From Patescibacteria group bacterium (lineage in GTDB: Bacteria > Patescibacteriota > Minisyncoccia > Phycocordibacterales > Phycocordibacteraceae): a DNA stretch of 64,000 nucleotides. The stretch spans positions 7,891 to 71,890 of the forward strand of contig JAGWWK010000002.1 in assembly GCA_018970425.1 (NCBI GenBank). The letters run 5' to 3'. Position 1 is the stretch's first letter. Each line of letters begins with the position of its first letter. Under the pieces are notes generated by a model that had not been told where the DNA came from, made no database searches, and saw only the letters and a program-made list of their open reading frames with translations. Shown here piece by piece: positions 18,497 through 27,776 of the stretch. Both the position numbers and the translations under genes were made by a program.

Positions 18497-18637
18497 ATGG
18501 CAACTGAAATTGTGGAGGGGTACCTCAGCTGGAACGAAGTCGTGATAAATGATGCGCTGTTTATCTTTGGCATCATGTCAGCGATTGGGTACATATTCAG
18601 TTCGGGCAAAAAGATAGGAAAAGACCTCGCATCATAA
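18497..18637 (+). CDS. Candidate 46-aa membrane micropeptide (MATEIVEGYLSWNEVVINDALFIFGIMSAIGYIFSSGKKIGKDLAS)
   Basis: ATG ORF followed 40 nt later by an intrinsic terminator in the plus orientation; a 64-aa antisense ORF looks non-coding. Confidence 0.3.
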   Translation: MATEIVEGYLSWNEVVINDALFIFGIMSAIGYIFSSGKKIGKDLAS

Positions 18638-18677
18638 GACCTCACGGATTTCGCGAGATCCGAAGAGCATCTTCTCA

Positions 18678-18706
18678 AAACTCCCCTCGCCGGGAGTTTT
18701 GTGTTT
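18678..18706. terminator. Intrinsic terminator (aaaactcccctcgccgggagttttgtgttt)
   Basis: Hairpin followed by a T-rich tract; plus orientation preferred. Confidence 0.65.
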
Positions 18707-19592
18707 ACGAACCAAGAAGCGCTTTGACACGTTCTTCAACGGGAGGGTGCGTCATGAATAGTTTGTGAAGGCCCTTAAATGACTTTGCACCGAATGGACT
18801 CGAAATAAAGAGGTGCGCAGTCGCATCATTTGCAGTACGCATCGGTGCACTATACGCGCCAATTTTCTGAAGCGCGGACGCAAGCCCCTCTGGATAGCGA
18901 GTCATCAAGGCTCCCGACGCGTCAGCCAAAAACTCGCGCTTTCTAGAAATCGCAAGTTGTATGAGCTGCGCAATGATGGGCGAAAGAATAGCGAGCACGA
19001 GTCCTGCCACCACCATGACGGCGCCAAGGCGGTTATCGCGGTCTCCGGCCCCGTTAACCATCATTGAGCGAAGAAAGAAGTCCGAGAGGAGCGTTACAAA
19101 CCCAAGCAGCACGACGACCACCGTCATTACGAGCGTGTCGCGATTCTTTATATGCGACAGCTCGTGCGCTAAGACACCTTCAAGTTCTGACCGATCCATC
19201 ATGCGAAGGAGTCCCGTGGTCACCGCCACAACGCCATGCTTCGGGTCGCGGCCAGTCGCAAAGGCGTTCGGTGCCGGGTCGTCTATCATGTACACCTTAG
19301 GCATAGGCATACCTTCCGCAATCGCAAGGTTCTCGACGATGTTATACACATCTGGTGCTACCTCTTTCGTTACTGGCTTTGCACCAGTGGACGCAAGCGC
19401 GAGTTTGTCCGAGTACCAGTAGCTCCCCACGTTCATCGCAATCGAAAGAAATACTGCTATGTAGAGGATGCCTGGGTTGTCGAACGCATACGACAGTGCC
19501 CACCCGATGCCGATAACTGCGATAAAAAACGTGGTCATCAAAAACCACGTCTTCCGCACGTTCGCATCCGCTTGCGAATACAGTGTTGCCAT
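18705..19592 (-). CDS. htpX: Zinc metalloprotease HtpX (M48 family)
   Basis: HELSHIKNRD HExxH motif and four TM helices. Confidence 0.9.
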   Translation of the reverse strand: MATLYSQADANVRKTWFLMTTFFIAVIGIGWALSYAFDNPGILYIAVFLSIAMNVGSYWYSDKLALASTGAKPVTKEVAPDVYNIVENLAIAEGMPMPKVYMIDDPAPNAFATGRDPKHGVVAVTTGLLRMMDRSELEGVLAHELSHIKNRDTLVMTVVVVLLGFVTLLSDFFLRSMMVNGAGDRDNRLGAVMVVAGLVLAILSPIIAQLIQLAISRKREFLADASGALMTRYPEGLASALQKIGAYSAPMRTANDATAHLFISSPFGAKSFKGLHKLFMTHPPVEERVKALLGS

Positions 19593-19602
19593 ACGCTACC
19601 TA

Positions 19603-20163
19603 TTAGAACGTAACTGCGACTGGGTTTTTAGCTGCCTGGTCGGCCTCAGAGAGCTCGAAGAAGTCCATTGCCTTAAAGTTAAACCAGCCACCCACGAAGT
19701 TAGACGGAAACTGCTCGAGCGCGGTCTGAAGCTCCTGCACATTGCCATTGTAAAAGCGTCGCGCGGACTGAATTTTGTTTTCAGTGTCGGACAGCTCGCG
19801 TTGCAACTCAAGGAAGTTCTGATTTGCCTTGAGGTCCGGGTACGCCTCTGCAACCGCAAAGAGCGACTTCAAGGCTCCCGTAAGCATGTTCTCTGCCTCG
19901 GCGTGGTCTGCGACGGTTTGTGCACCAATAGCCGCGGCTCGAGCCCGCGTGACACTCTCAAACGCTTCACGCTCATGCGTGGCGTATCCCTTCACGGTCT
20001 GCACCAAGTTGGGAATGAGGTCATACCGGCGCTTGAGCTGTACGTCAATGTCAGCCCACGCTTCCTTAGTTCTGTTAACAAGGGTAACGAAGCGGTTGTA
20101 CGTTACGACGAGCCAGAGGCCGATCACAACAATACCGCCGAGAACGATATATAGTGGAATCAT
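19603..20163 (-). CDS. lemA: LemA family protein
   Basis: N-terminal TM helix plus the LemA domain (NRFVTLVNRTKEAWADIDVQLKRRYDLIPNLV). Confidence 0.85.
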   Translation of the reverse strand: MIPLYIVLGGIVVIGLWLVVTYNRFVTLVNRTKEAWADIDVQLKRRYDLIPNLVQTVKGYATHEREAFESVTRARAAAIGAQTVADHAEAENMLTGALKSLFAVAEAYPDLKANQNFLELQRELSDTENKIQSARRFYNGNVQELQTALEQFPSNFVGGWFNFKAMDFFELSEADQAAKNPVAVTF

Positions 20164-20167
20164 ACAT

Positions 20168-20217
20168 CCAGTATACCGTATACGCGCTTTCTAGCACTTC
20201 TTGTTAGAGAGTGTGGT
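20168..20217 (-). promoter_or_regulatory. lemA-htpX promoter (-10 TATACT 6 nt before the ATG) with an imperfect CIRCE-like inverted repeat (TAGCACTT-N9-GAGTG)
   Basis: Compared with the CIRCE consensus TTAGCACTC-N9-GAGTGCTAA: 7 of 9 match on the left half, 5-6 of 9 on the right. Confidence 0.35.
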
Positions 20218-20241
20218 CTACGAGCCCTCTCGCTGCGCGCA

Positions 20242-21876
20242 CTAGTAATCCATGCCGCCTGGCATCTGGGGAGCTTCCTTCTTCTCCTCTGGCTCTTCTG
20301 CAATAGCAGCCTCGGTAGTAAGAAGAATTGCCGCTGCTGAAACCGCATGCTGCACGCCACCGCGCGTCACCTTGACCGGATCAATAATGCCAGCCGCGAC
20401 CATATCAACCACCACGACATCATTCATCGCGTCATAACCCGCGAAACCTTTTGCCTTCTTGACCTCCTCAACAATCACTTCTCCGGAATCCTTACCCGCA
20501 TTGATCGCAATCTGCTTCAAGGGCTTTAGGAGCGCAGCGAGAACAATGTTATATCCAACAGTCTCCTCAACACCGAGCTTCTTCCAATCAGTCTCCGCTT
20601 CAACCTTTTGCGCTGCTTTGACGAGCGCGGTACCACCGCCGGGCACTATGCCCTCTGCAATAGCTGCCTTTGTCGCATTCACCGCATCCTCAATCTTGTC
20701 TTTGAGATACTTCATCTCCGTCTCCGTTGCGGCACCAACCTTAATCACAGCAACGCCTCCGGAGAGCTTCGCGATGCGCTCCTCGAGCTTCTCCTTATCA
20801 AACTTTGATGTCGTATCTGAGAGCTGCTTCTTAAGTGCGGCAACACGTCCGTCAATCTCCTTCTTCGTTCCTTTACCGCCAACTACAATGGTCGAGTCCT
20901 TGGTCGCAATAACTTTTGCCGCACGTCCAAGCATCGAGAGTTCAGTTTTATCGAGCTTAAGGCCTACCTCTTCGGTAATGACTGTACCGCCCGTAAGTAC
21001 CGCGATGTCCTGGAGCATCTCCTTTTTGCGATCACCGTACCCCGGAGCCTTGACCGCGAGGACGCTAAACGTGCCGCGAATCTTGTTCACCACAAACGTA
21101 GCAAGAGCTTCGCCCTCTACGTCGTCTGCGATAATCACCAACTCTTTCTTTCCCGTTCGAGCAACCGCTTCAAGAACCGGTAGCACTTCCTGAATGGATG
21201 CGATCTTCTTGTCTGTTATGAGGATTGCTGTTTCTTTGTACTCGGCAGCCATTTTGTCCGCGTTCGTGATCATATACGGAGAGATGTAGCCGCGATCGAA
21301 CTCGAGACCCTCAACTACCTCCTTGTCGATACCGAATGACTGCGACTCCTCAACCGTCACTACGCCGTTCTGCCCAACCTCGGCAATCACCTCCGCGATA
21401 GTCTCACCGATCTCTGCGCTCTCCGCTGAAATCGTTGCGACTTGTTTGATGTCTTTGTCTCCCTGCACCGGCTTTGCGATAGACTTGAGCGCCTTCACGG
21501 TTGCCTCCGCCGCTTTCTCCATTCCCACACGCACCTGCATGGCGTTCACACCCATCGCAGTGTGCTTCATCCCTTCATCAACAAGCGCCTGAAAGAGTAC
21601 TACCGAAGTGGTGGTTCCGTCGCCCGCGAGGTCATTGGTCTTATTTGCGACCTCCTTCACGATCTCCGCCCCCATGTTTTCAAACTTGTCCTTGAGAGAA
21701 ATTTCTTTAGCAATCGTGACGCCGTCATTGGTCATGTGCGGACCGCCGTACCCCTTGTCGAGGATGACATTTCTGCCTCGCGGACCAAGCGTTACCTTAA
21801 CTGCCTGCGCGGCTATATCAACTCCTCGCTTGAGCGCTGAGCGTGCTGCCGCGTCGAATAGAACTTTTTTTGCCAT
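20242..21876 (-). CDS. groL: Chaperonin GroEL
   Basis: Full-length Cpn60 with the C-terminal GGM motif (PGGMDY). Confidence 0.97.
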   Translation of the reverse strand: MAKKVLFDAAARSALKRGVDIAAQAVKVTLGPRGRNVILDKGYGGPHMTNDGVTIAKEISLKDKFENMGAEIVKEVANKTNDLAGDGTTTSVVLFQALVDEGMKHTAMGVNAMQVRVGMEKAAEATVKALKSIAKPVQGDKDIKQVATISAESAEIGETIAEVIAEVGQNGVVTVEESQSFGIDKEVVEGLEFDRGYISPYMITNADKMAAEYKETAILITDKKIASIQEVLPVLEAVARTGKKELVIIADDVEGEALATFVVNKIRGTFSVLAVKAPGYGDRKKEMLQDIAVLTGGTVITEEVGLKLDKTELSMLGRAAKVIATKDSTIVVGGKGTKKEIDGRVAALKKQLSDTTSKFDKEKLEERIAKLSGGVAVIKVGAATETEMKYLKDKIEDAVNATKAAIAEGIVPGGGTALVKAAQKVEAETDWKKLGVEETVGYNIVLAALLKPLKQIAINAGKDSGEVIVEEVKKAKGFAGYDAMNDVVVVDMVAAGIIDPVKVTRGGVQHAVSAAAILLTTEAAIAEEPEEKKEAPQMPGGMDY

Positions 21877-21896
21877 AGTGTTTCTGTGTTCGATAC

Positions 21897-22277
21897 TTAT
21901 GCGTGAATAATTGCGAGCACATTGGACTCAGCGATGACGTAGTACGTCGTGCCGGCCAAGGTAATCTCATCAAATCCATACTTAGAAAACATAACGCGAT
22001 CACCAACCGAGACTGACATCGGGACTCGTCCATCGCCATCCTCGTTCCACTTGCCGGGACCGACAGCGATCACCGTACCCTGCTCTGGCTTTTCTTTAGC
22101 GGTATCCGGAATAATGATTCCAGAAGCTGTAGTCCTGCCCATCTCCTCTGCCGTGAGCGGTCGAATGACGATGCGGTCACCAAGCGGTGCGACGGGGCCC
22201 GAGTGGATTCGTGCCGGTGCTGCTTTAACCTTTGACTTTACTGCCTTTTTTGCGGGCGCGCGGTTTTTCTTTTTCAT
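21897..22277 (-). CDS. groS: Co-chaperonin GroES with a Lys-rich N-terminal extension of about 30 aa
   Basis: Cpn10 core (LGDRIVIRPL...GIIIPDTAKEKP...GDRVMFSKYG) preceded by MKKKNRAPAKKAVKSKVKAAPA. Confidence 0.9.
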   Translation of the reverse strand: MKKKNRAPAKKAVKSKVKAAPARIHSGPVAPLGDRIVIRPLTAEEMGRTTASGIIIPDTAKEKPEQGTVIAVGPGKWNEDGDGRVPMSVSVGDRVMFSKYGFDEITLAGTTYYVIAESNVLAIIHA

Positions 22278-22304
22278 AGTGCACCTAGTATAGGGAAAAG
22301 GTGC
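22278..22304 (-). promoter_or_regulatory. groES promoter region: TATACT -10 box 9 nt upstream of the ATG, bracketed by the inverted repeat GCACC-N14-GGTGC
   Basis: Inverted repeat overlapping the -10; weak resemblance to a CIRCE/HrcA operator. Confidence 0.3.
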
Positions 22305-22358
22305 CCCTCGCGCAAATCTGGTTGCCGCCCCCTCTCGCCGTGCTATACTCTACCCGGT

Positions 22359-22598
22359 ATGGCAACAGTTCTTGCATCACTCCAGGGATTCCTACCTCTT
22401 GCCCAGACATGCGTTGCGCTCCTTATTGTAGGCGCCATTCTTCTGCAGACGAGAGGCGCCGGCCTATCTGCTTTCCAGGACTCATCGGCGCAGACGTTCT
22501 ATAAGCGTCGTGGCGGAGAGCTCTTCCTGTTTCAGGCAACGATCGTGCTTGGCGTCGTCTTCGTACTCCTTGCGCTCGCGTCGCTTATAGCGCAATAA
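22359..22598 (+). CDS. secG: Preprotein translocase subunit SecG
   Basis: Two TM helices flanking a Gly-rich loop (LLQTRGAGLSAFQDSSAQTFYKRRG); TATACT box 10 nt upstream. Confidence 0.75.
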   Translation: MATVLASLQGFLPLAQTCVALLIVGAILLQTRGAGLSAFQDSSAQTFYKRRGGELFLFQATIVLGVVFVLLALASLIAQ

Positions 22599-22611
22599 CT
22601 TTCTCCTCGTC

Positions 22612-24267
22612 ATGAGGTTTTCATTCACCACTGAGCGCATCCCCCTGAGCGCAGGCGACTGGTTTATCCTCGGCGCCCTCGGCGCGCTCTTTGCCGTCGG
22701 CACCTACTGGCTTCTCGCGACTATCTACTTCCGCTTCACCACTGAGGTGCCAGCACGCGGAGGCGCGATGACTGAAGGCATTGTCGGCACACCTCGCTTC
22801 ATTAACCCAGTGCTCGCGATTTCAGACGCCGATCGTGACGCCACGGAGCTCTTATTTGCCGGTCTTATGCATCCGACGCTGAGCGGTATGCAGCCCGACC
22901 TCGCTGAAGGGTATACGCTCTCCGATGATCGCAGGACCTACACTTTTACCCTGCGCCCCGACGCCGTATTTCACGACGGAACGCGCGTAACGGCTGACGA
23001 TGTGGCATTTACCATCGCCCGGATCCAAGACCCTGCTATAAAAAGCCCGAAGCGTCCGAATTGGGAGGGAGTCGCAGTTGCAGTTAGTGACGAGCGCACC
23101 ATCTCATTCACACTGCGCGAGCCCTACGCACCGTTTCTCGACAACACAGATGTCGGCATTATCCCAAAGCGACTATGGGACACTGTGCGCCCTGACGAGT
23201 TCCCCTTCTCCAAGCTCAATGTAGAGCCGGTAGGCGCCGGACCATTCCGTGTGCAGCGTCTCGTCACAAACGCCTCAGGGATCCCCGAACGTCTCGACCT
23301 CACCGCATTCTCACGCGCGATACATCCGCCGTTCATTGAATCGTACACGTTACGCTTTTTCAGCGACCCGAATGCACTCGCTCTTGCCGTATCACGAGAC
23401 AGTACGCTCGCGGCGCACTCTATAACTCCTGAAATGAGCGCAGGGCAGCGCGCCTACGACGCGGTGTTCGGTCGCGTATTTGCAGTCTTTTTCAATCAGA
23501 ATGAAAATGCGCTATTCGCCTCGCGCGCGGTGAGAAGCGCGCTCGACGCCGCGCTTGACAAAGAAGCGCTCGTGCGTACACTGATAGGAGGGTATGGCTC
23601 CGTAGCCGTCGGTCCGCTTCCAAAAGAGTCGTCCGCAGATAACACGCCATGGTCGGCAGATCGTGCAGCGTCTATCCTTGCCGCGGATGGATGGTTGCGC
23701 GGAGAGGACGGCATCTGGACCAAGACCGTTAAAAAGTCCACAACGCGCCTCGCGTTCACGCTCACTACGTCGAACGCACCCGAACTCAAGCAGGCGGCGG
23801 AACTTGTGGCAGACTCGTGGCGCGCGCTCGGCGCAGATGTCACGGTAGCGTACTTTGACCAAAACGATCTGCAGCAGGATGTCATTCGTCCGCGAAAATA
23901 TGACGCGCTCCTCTTCGGCATTGTTGTCGGGCGGGACGCAGACCTCTTCGCGTTCTGGGACTCGAGCCAACGGAACGATCCCGGACTCAATATCGCGCTC
24001 TATACGAATGCCGACGTTGACGCGATCCTCCGTAAGACGAGAACCGCTGAAGACCCAACCGAGCGCACCGCGCTCGCGGAGAAGGCAGCAGACATCATTG
24101 CGAAAGAGGTTGCTGCCGTATTCCTCTACACACCGCACTTTCTGTACCTGACTGACCCGCGCGTCCGAGGCGTCACGCTCGACACAATCGTGACACCGGC
24201 AGACCGATTCGCGTCGATCACGGACTGGTACATAGACACGGAACGCATTTGGCCGATTTTCAGGTAA
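22612..24267 (+). CDS. ABC-transporter substrate-binding protein, family 5 (peptide/nickel type)
   Basis: N-terminal TM/signal anchor and an SBP_bac_5-like architecture of about 550 aa. Confidence 0.75.
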   Translation: MRFSFTTERIPLSAGDWFILGALGALFAVGTYWLLATIYFRFTTEVPARGGAMTEGIVGTPRFINPVLAISDADRDATELLFAGLMHPTLSGMQPDLAEGYTLSDDRRTYTFTLRPDAVFHDGTRVTADDVAFTIARIQDPAIKSPKRPNWEGVAVAVSDERTISFTLREPYAPFLDNTDVGIIPKRLWDTVRPDEFPFSKLNVEPVGAGPFRVQRLVTNASGIPERLDLTAFSRAIHPPFIESYTLRFFSDPNALALAVSRDSTLAAHSITPEMSAGQRAYDAVFGRVFAVFFNQNENALFASRAVRSALDAALDKEALVRTLIGGYGSVAVGPLPKESSADNTPWSADRAASILAADGWLRGEDGIWTKTVKKSTTRLAFTLTTSNAPELKQAAELVADSWRALGADVTVAYFDQNDLQQDVIRPRKYDALLFGIVVGRDADLFAFWDSSQRNDPGLNIALYTNADVDAILRKTRTAEDPTERTALAEKAADIIAKEVAAVFLYTPHFLYLTDPRVRGVTLDTIVTPADRFASITDWYIDTERIWPIFR

Positions 24268-24392
24268 GACGCCACGCCTCACCGCCACGGCAGCCCTGAA
24301 CTATGTGCTACGCATTTCAGATTCGATATACCAAGTACACCAGTACACGTATTCACACTTAAAAAATTATTTATAGTATTGTTTAACATCAT

Positions 24393-26447
24393 ATGAATGA
24401 AGTATCACCAGCCCAGGGAGAGCAACCGAGCGATCACCGGCGTCCGTACTCAGCCGCGCCACGACGCGACTTTCGCGGACCGCGTCGCCCGTTTTCCGCT
24501 CGGGGCGGACACCGACCGCACCGTAGCGCTCCTATTCCACGGAACGGAGAGCAGGCCGCTCCACGACCTGACGACATAGTCCGCGAACCCGCGGCACTAA
24601 GTCCCCGCGGCGCCCATGGCGCACCACGCGGGCGTGGCGCAGATCGCGGCCGCGGAGGTCCGAGGCGCGGTCGCGGACATTTCCGCCGACCGCCATCAAT
24701 GCCACGGCAGCCGTTTAATGAACCTGAAGCGCGTGAGCGCGTCGTGCTCCCCGTCCTAACTGATGACATGGTGCGCATTGTGCCACTCGGCGGCGTTGAG
24801 GAAGTTGGACGCAACATGCTTGCCGTTGAAACGCCAGCCGGCATCATCATTTCAGATGCGGGATTTCAATTTACCCGTGAGATGAACACACCGGGCGTAG
24901 ACTACATCCTCCCGAATACGCGATGGCTCGAGGACAACCGCGACCGCATCCTCGCTTTGTTTGTCACGCACGGCCACTTGGACCACATCGGCGGTATTCC
25001 GTTCATGATGGACCGCATCGGTAATCCGCCAATCTATACGCAGTACCTGACGTCTCTCATGATTAAGAAGCGTCAGGAAGAGTTCCCGCACCAGCCGCAG
25101 CTCGACATCCACGTGATGGATATCGGCTCATCCGTACTATTGACCGCAAAGGACGGCAAGACCGTGACGGTTAAAACATTCCCGGTGACGCACTCGATTC
25201 CCGACTCTATGGGTATCTCAATCGTCACGAAACATGGCAACATAGTCATCTCTGGCGACCTCAAGCTCGAGCACGAGGACGGAACGCCTACAGAGCGCGA
25301 GCGCACCGTCTGGGGGGCGCTCGGCAAAGATCGGAACATCATGTTCATCGCCGACTCCACGAACGCTGAGCGCGAAGGATTCTCTATTCCGGAAAAGAAG
25401 GTATTCGCCACACTTGAGGACATAATCACGACAGTCAAAGGCCGCTTGGTGATCGGACTCATCGCATCAAACTTCGAGCGCATGATCCGCATCATTATGG
25501 CGGCGGAGCGTAGTGGCAGAAAAGTTATTCTCGAGGGCCGATCGGTCAAAAACAACATAGAAATCGCGCAGATCGCGAAGTTCTTTGAGGCACGTAAAGG
25601 CACCATCATCCCTGCCGAGGCAATCAACGACTACCCATCGGACAAGATCGTTATTATGTGTACCGGTGCGCAGGGCGAGGACGCAGCCGCGCTCATGCGC
25701 ATCGCCACCAAGAAGCATAAGTTCATCACCTTCAACGAGCGCGACACAGTAGTGCTCTCGTCGTCTATTATTCCAGGCAATGAAATGCAGGTACAGAAGC
25801 TCAAAGACAACCTCCTGCGCCATGGCCTCTCGATAGTCCACTATCGCTCATCGGACGTGCACTCAACCGGCCACGGCAACACTGGCGAACTTGTATGGAT
25901 GCGCCAGCAGGTCAACCCGAACTTCTTTATGCCCGCGTACGGTTACCACTCAATGCTCAGGAACCACGCCGCGGCGCAGATTGCCTCGGGCTTTCCGAAG
26001 GATCATGTGATCATCCCTGACAACGGCACGGTCATCGACATAACAAACGGCACCGAGCTTACGGTGCATCGCGAAAAGCTCCCAAACACGCCGGTGATGG
26101 TGGACGGCTTCTCTATTGGAGACATGCAGGAAGTAGTGATCCGCGACCGGCAAGCACTCGCAAAGGACGGTATGTTCGTCATCATCGCAACAGTCAATAT
26201 CCGCTCGGGCCAGCTCAAAAAGTCCCCGGACATCATCAGCCGCGGCTTTGTGTACTTGCGCGAGTCACAAGGACTACTCTCTGAAGCTCGCCTCCTCGTG
26301 AAAAAGTCTATCGAGGACATGACGCGCGAAATGAACCCCGTGGACCTCGAGCTCGTTAAAACGCAACTCTCAGACACCATCGAACGCTACCTCTTCCAAA
26401 AGACCAGCAAGCGTCCAATGGTGATTCCAGTCCTTATCGGTGTCTAA
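24393..26447 (+). CDS. rnj: Ribonuclease J with an Arg/Pro-rich disordered N-terminal extension of about 130 aa
   Basis: Metallo-beta-lactamase motif VTHGHLDHIGG, beta-CASP and the RNase J C-terminal domain. Confidence 0.9.
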   Translation: MNEVSPAQGEQPSDHRRPYSAAPRRDFRGPRRPFSARGGHRPHRSAPIPRNGEQAAPRPDDIVREPAALSPRGAHGAPRGRGADRGRGGPRRGRGHFRRPPSMPRQPFNEPEARERVVLPVLTDDMVRIVPLGGVEEVGRNMLAVETPAGIIISDAGFQFTREMNTPGVDYILPNTRWLEDNRDRILALFVTHGHLDHIGGIPFMMDRIGNPPIYTQYLTSLMIKKRQEEFPHQPQLDIHVMDIGSSVLLTAKDGKTVTVKTFPVTHSIPDSMGISIVTKHGNIVISGDLKLEHEDGTPTERERTVWGALGKDRNIMFIADSTNAEREGFSIPEKKVFATLEDIITTVKGRLVIGLIASNFERMIRIIMAAERSGRKVILEGRSVKNNIEIAQIAKFFEARKGTIIPAEAINDYPSDKIVIMCTGAQGEDAAALMRIATKKHKFITFNERDTVVLSSSIIPGNEMQVQKLKDNLLRHGLSIVHYRSSDVHSTGHGNTGELVWMRQQVNPNFFMPAYGYHSMLRNHAAAQIASGFPKDHVIIPDNGTVIDITNGTELTVHREKLPNTPVMVDGFSIGDMQEVVIRDRQALAKDGMFVIIATVNIRSGQLKKSPDIISRGFVYLRESQGLLSEARLLVKKSIEDMTREMNPVDLELVKTQLSDTIERYLFQKTSKRPMVIPVLIGV

Positions 26448-26460
26448 GCACGAGTACCTG

Positions 26461-26492
26461 AAACCCGTTCCAATGCATCGGAACGGGTTTTA
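26461..26492 (+). terminator. Intrinsic terminator after rnj (cccgttccaatgcatcggaacgggtttt)
   Basis: Hairpin followed by TTTT. Confidence 0.7.
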
Positions 26493-26621
26493 TGCTTTCC
26501 CACGTAGTCACGCGAGTGGATGGATGACTCCGATTTCCGCAAACGCGCGAGCATAGTCCGCGCTTCGCGGCCGCACGGCTCGGGAACCACCCACCCCGAG
26601 CGTCCACGCTATACTGCCCCT

Positions 26622-27776
26622 ATGTACGCGTTGTTTTCCCGACCGCTCATACTCGTTGGCAATTTTTTGGTGCAGTACCACTACTATGTCATCGCGTTCT
26701 TACTCTCGCCGTTTCTTGCCGCGTTTGTCGGCGTCGAATACGTAGGGTATGCGTTTATCGCATCTTCAATCCTCGCAACTCTCCTCCTCTACGCTGCGCC
26801 GCCCATTTTCCGCTCATTCGGTACCACTAATGTTATCGGGACAGTGGGCGTTCTGGAGGCACTCATACTGGTCGCACTGACGCAGGTTTCTCATCCTTAT
26901 ATGGCGGTAATCCTTGTGACGGCGCAGTCTACGCTCGCGTACATGCTGTTTATCGGCATGGACCTTGTCATAGAGTCCTCAACCGCTACTGAGCGCGTTA
27001 CAGGACAAACGAGAACTGCATACCTCACGATCACTAATCTCGCGGTCCTTGCGGCTACATTGTCACTGTCTGTGCTCGTAGTACAAGACGCCTATGGCCC
27101 CGCGTTCATCACCTCGGTCGTCGTACTCCTTCTCTTTGTCATACATGCGCGCTTCTTCTTCCCTGCGGTGTCGTATGTAAGCTCGCCCGAGGCGGACGGA
27201 AGCGTGATCGCGAGACTTTCGACTGACCAGTCTGTGCGCAACATTTCGGCAGCACACCTCGTACTGCAGACATTCTTCTCGTGGATGGCTATTTACATTC
27301 CGGTTCTCCTCTTTATGTATCAGGGCTTCAGCTGGGCCGAGATTGGCATTATTCTCTCTATCGCCATGCTTCCGTACATTCTGTTTGAGTACCCGTTCGG
27401 ATATATCGCTGACCGCTACATCGGAGAGCAGGAACTCCTGATTCTCGGATTCATTATTATGAGCGCGTCGCTTATCGCTATTCCATTTCTACCGCAACAG
27501 GACTTCTGGCTCTGGACTGCCGTAATGTTCATAGCCCGAATCGGTGCCGCGATGGTTGAGGCAATGACCGAGGTGCATTTTTTCCGCCGCGTCTCCCACT
27601 CCGACACAAGCATCATCACTTTTTTTAGGGCGTTGAAACCGATCGGTTCTATCATTGGCCCGTTGATTGCCGGAGTATGTCTCATCTTCCTCGACCTCAC
27701 CACCACATTTGCAGTTCTCGGCGTCGCCACCTGTGTCGGCATCATCTTTTCTCGACGGATCATTGACTCAAAGTAA
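26622..27776 (+). CDS. MFS-type transporter
   Basis: 12 predicted TM helices; ATG at 26622 with a TATACT box 8 nt upstream. Confidence 0.7.
   Translation: MYALFSRPLILVGNFLVQYHYYVIAFLLSPFLAAFVGVEYVGYAFIASSILATLLLYAAPPIFRSFGTTNVIGTVGVLEALILVALTQVSHPYMAVILVTAQSTLAYMLFIGMDLVIESSTATERVTGQTRTAYLTITNLAVLAATLSLSVLVVQDAYGPAFITSVVVLLLFVIHARFFFPAVSYVSSPEADGSVIARLSTDQSVRNISAAHLVLQTFFSWMAIYIPVLLFMYQGFSWAEIGIILSIAMLPYILFEYPFGYIADRYIGEQELLILGFIIMSASLIAIPFLPQQDFWLWTAVMFIARIGAAMVEAMTEVHFFRRVSHSDTSIITFFRALKPIGSIIGPLIAGVCLIFLDLTTTFAVLGVATCVGIIFSRRIIDSK

Noticed and set aside
18484-18678. 64-aa minus-strand ORF
   Set aside because: It has poor composition and no start context. The overlapping plus-strand 46-aa ORF, which has a downstream terminator, is preferred, though still at low confidence.
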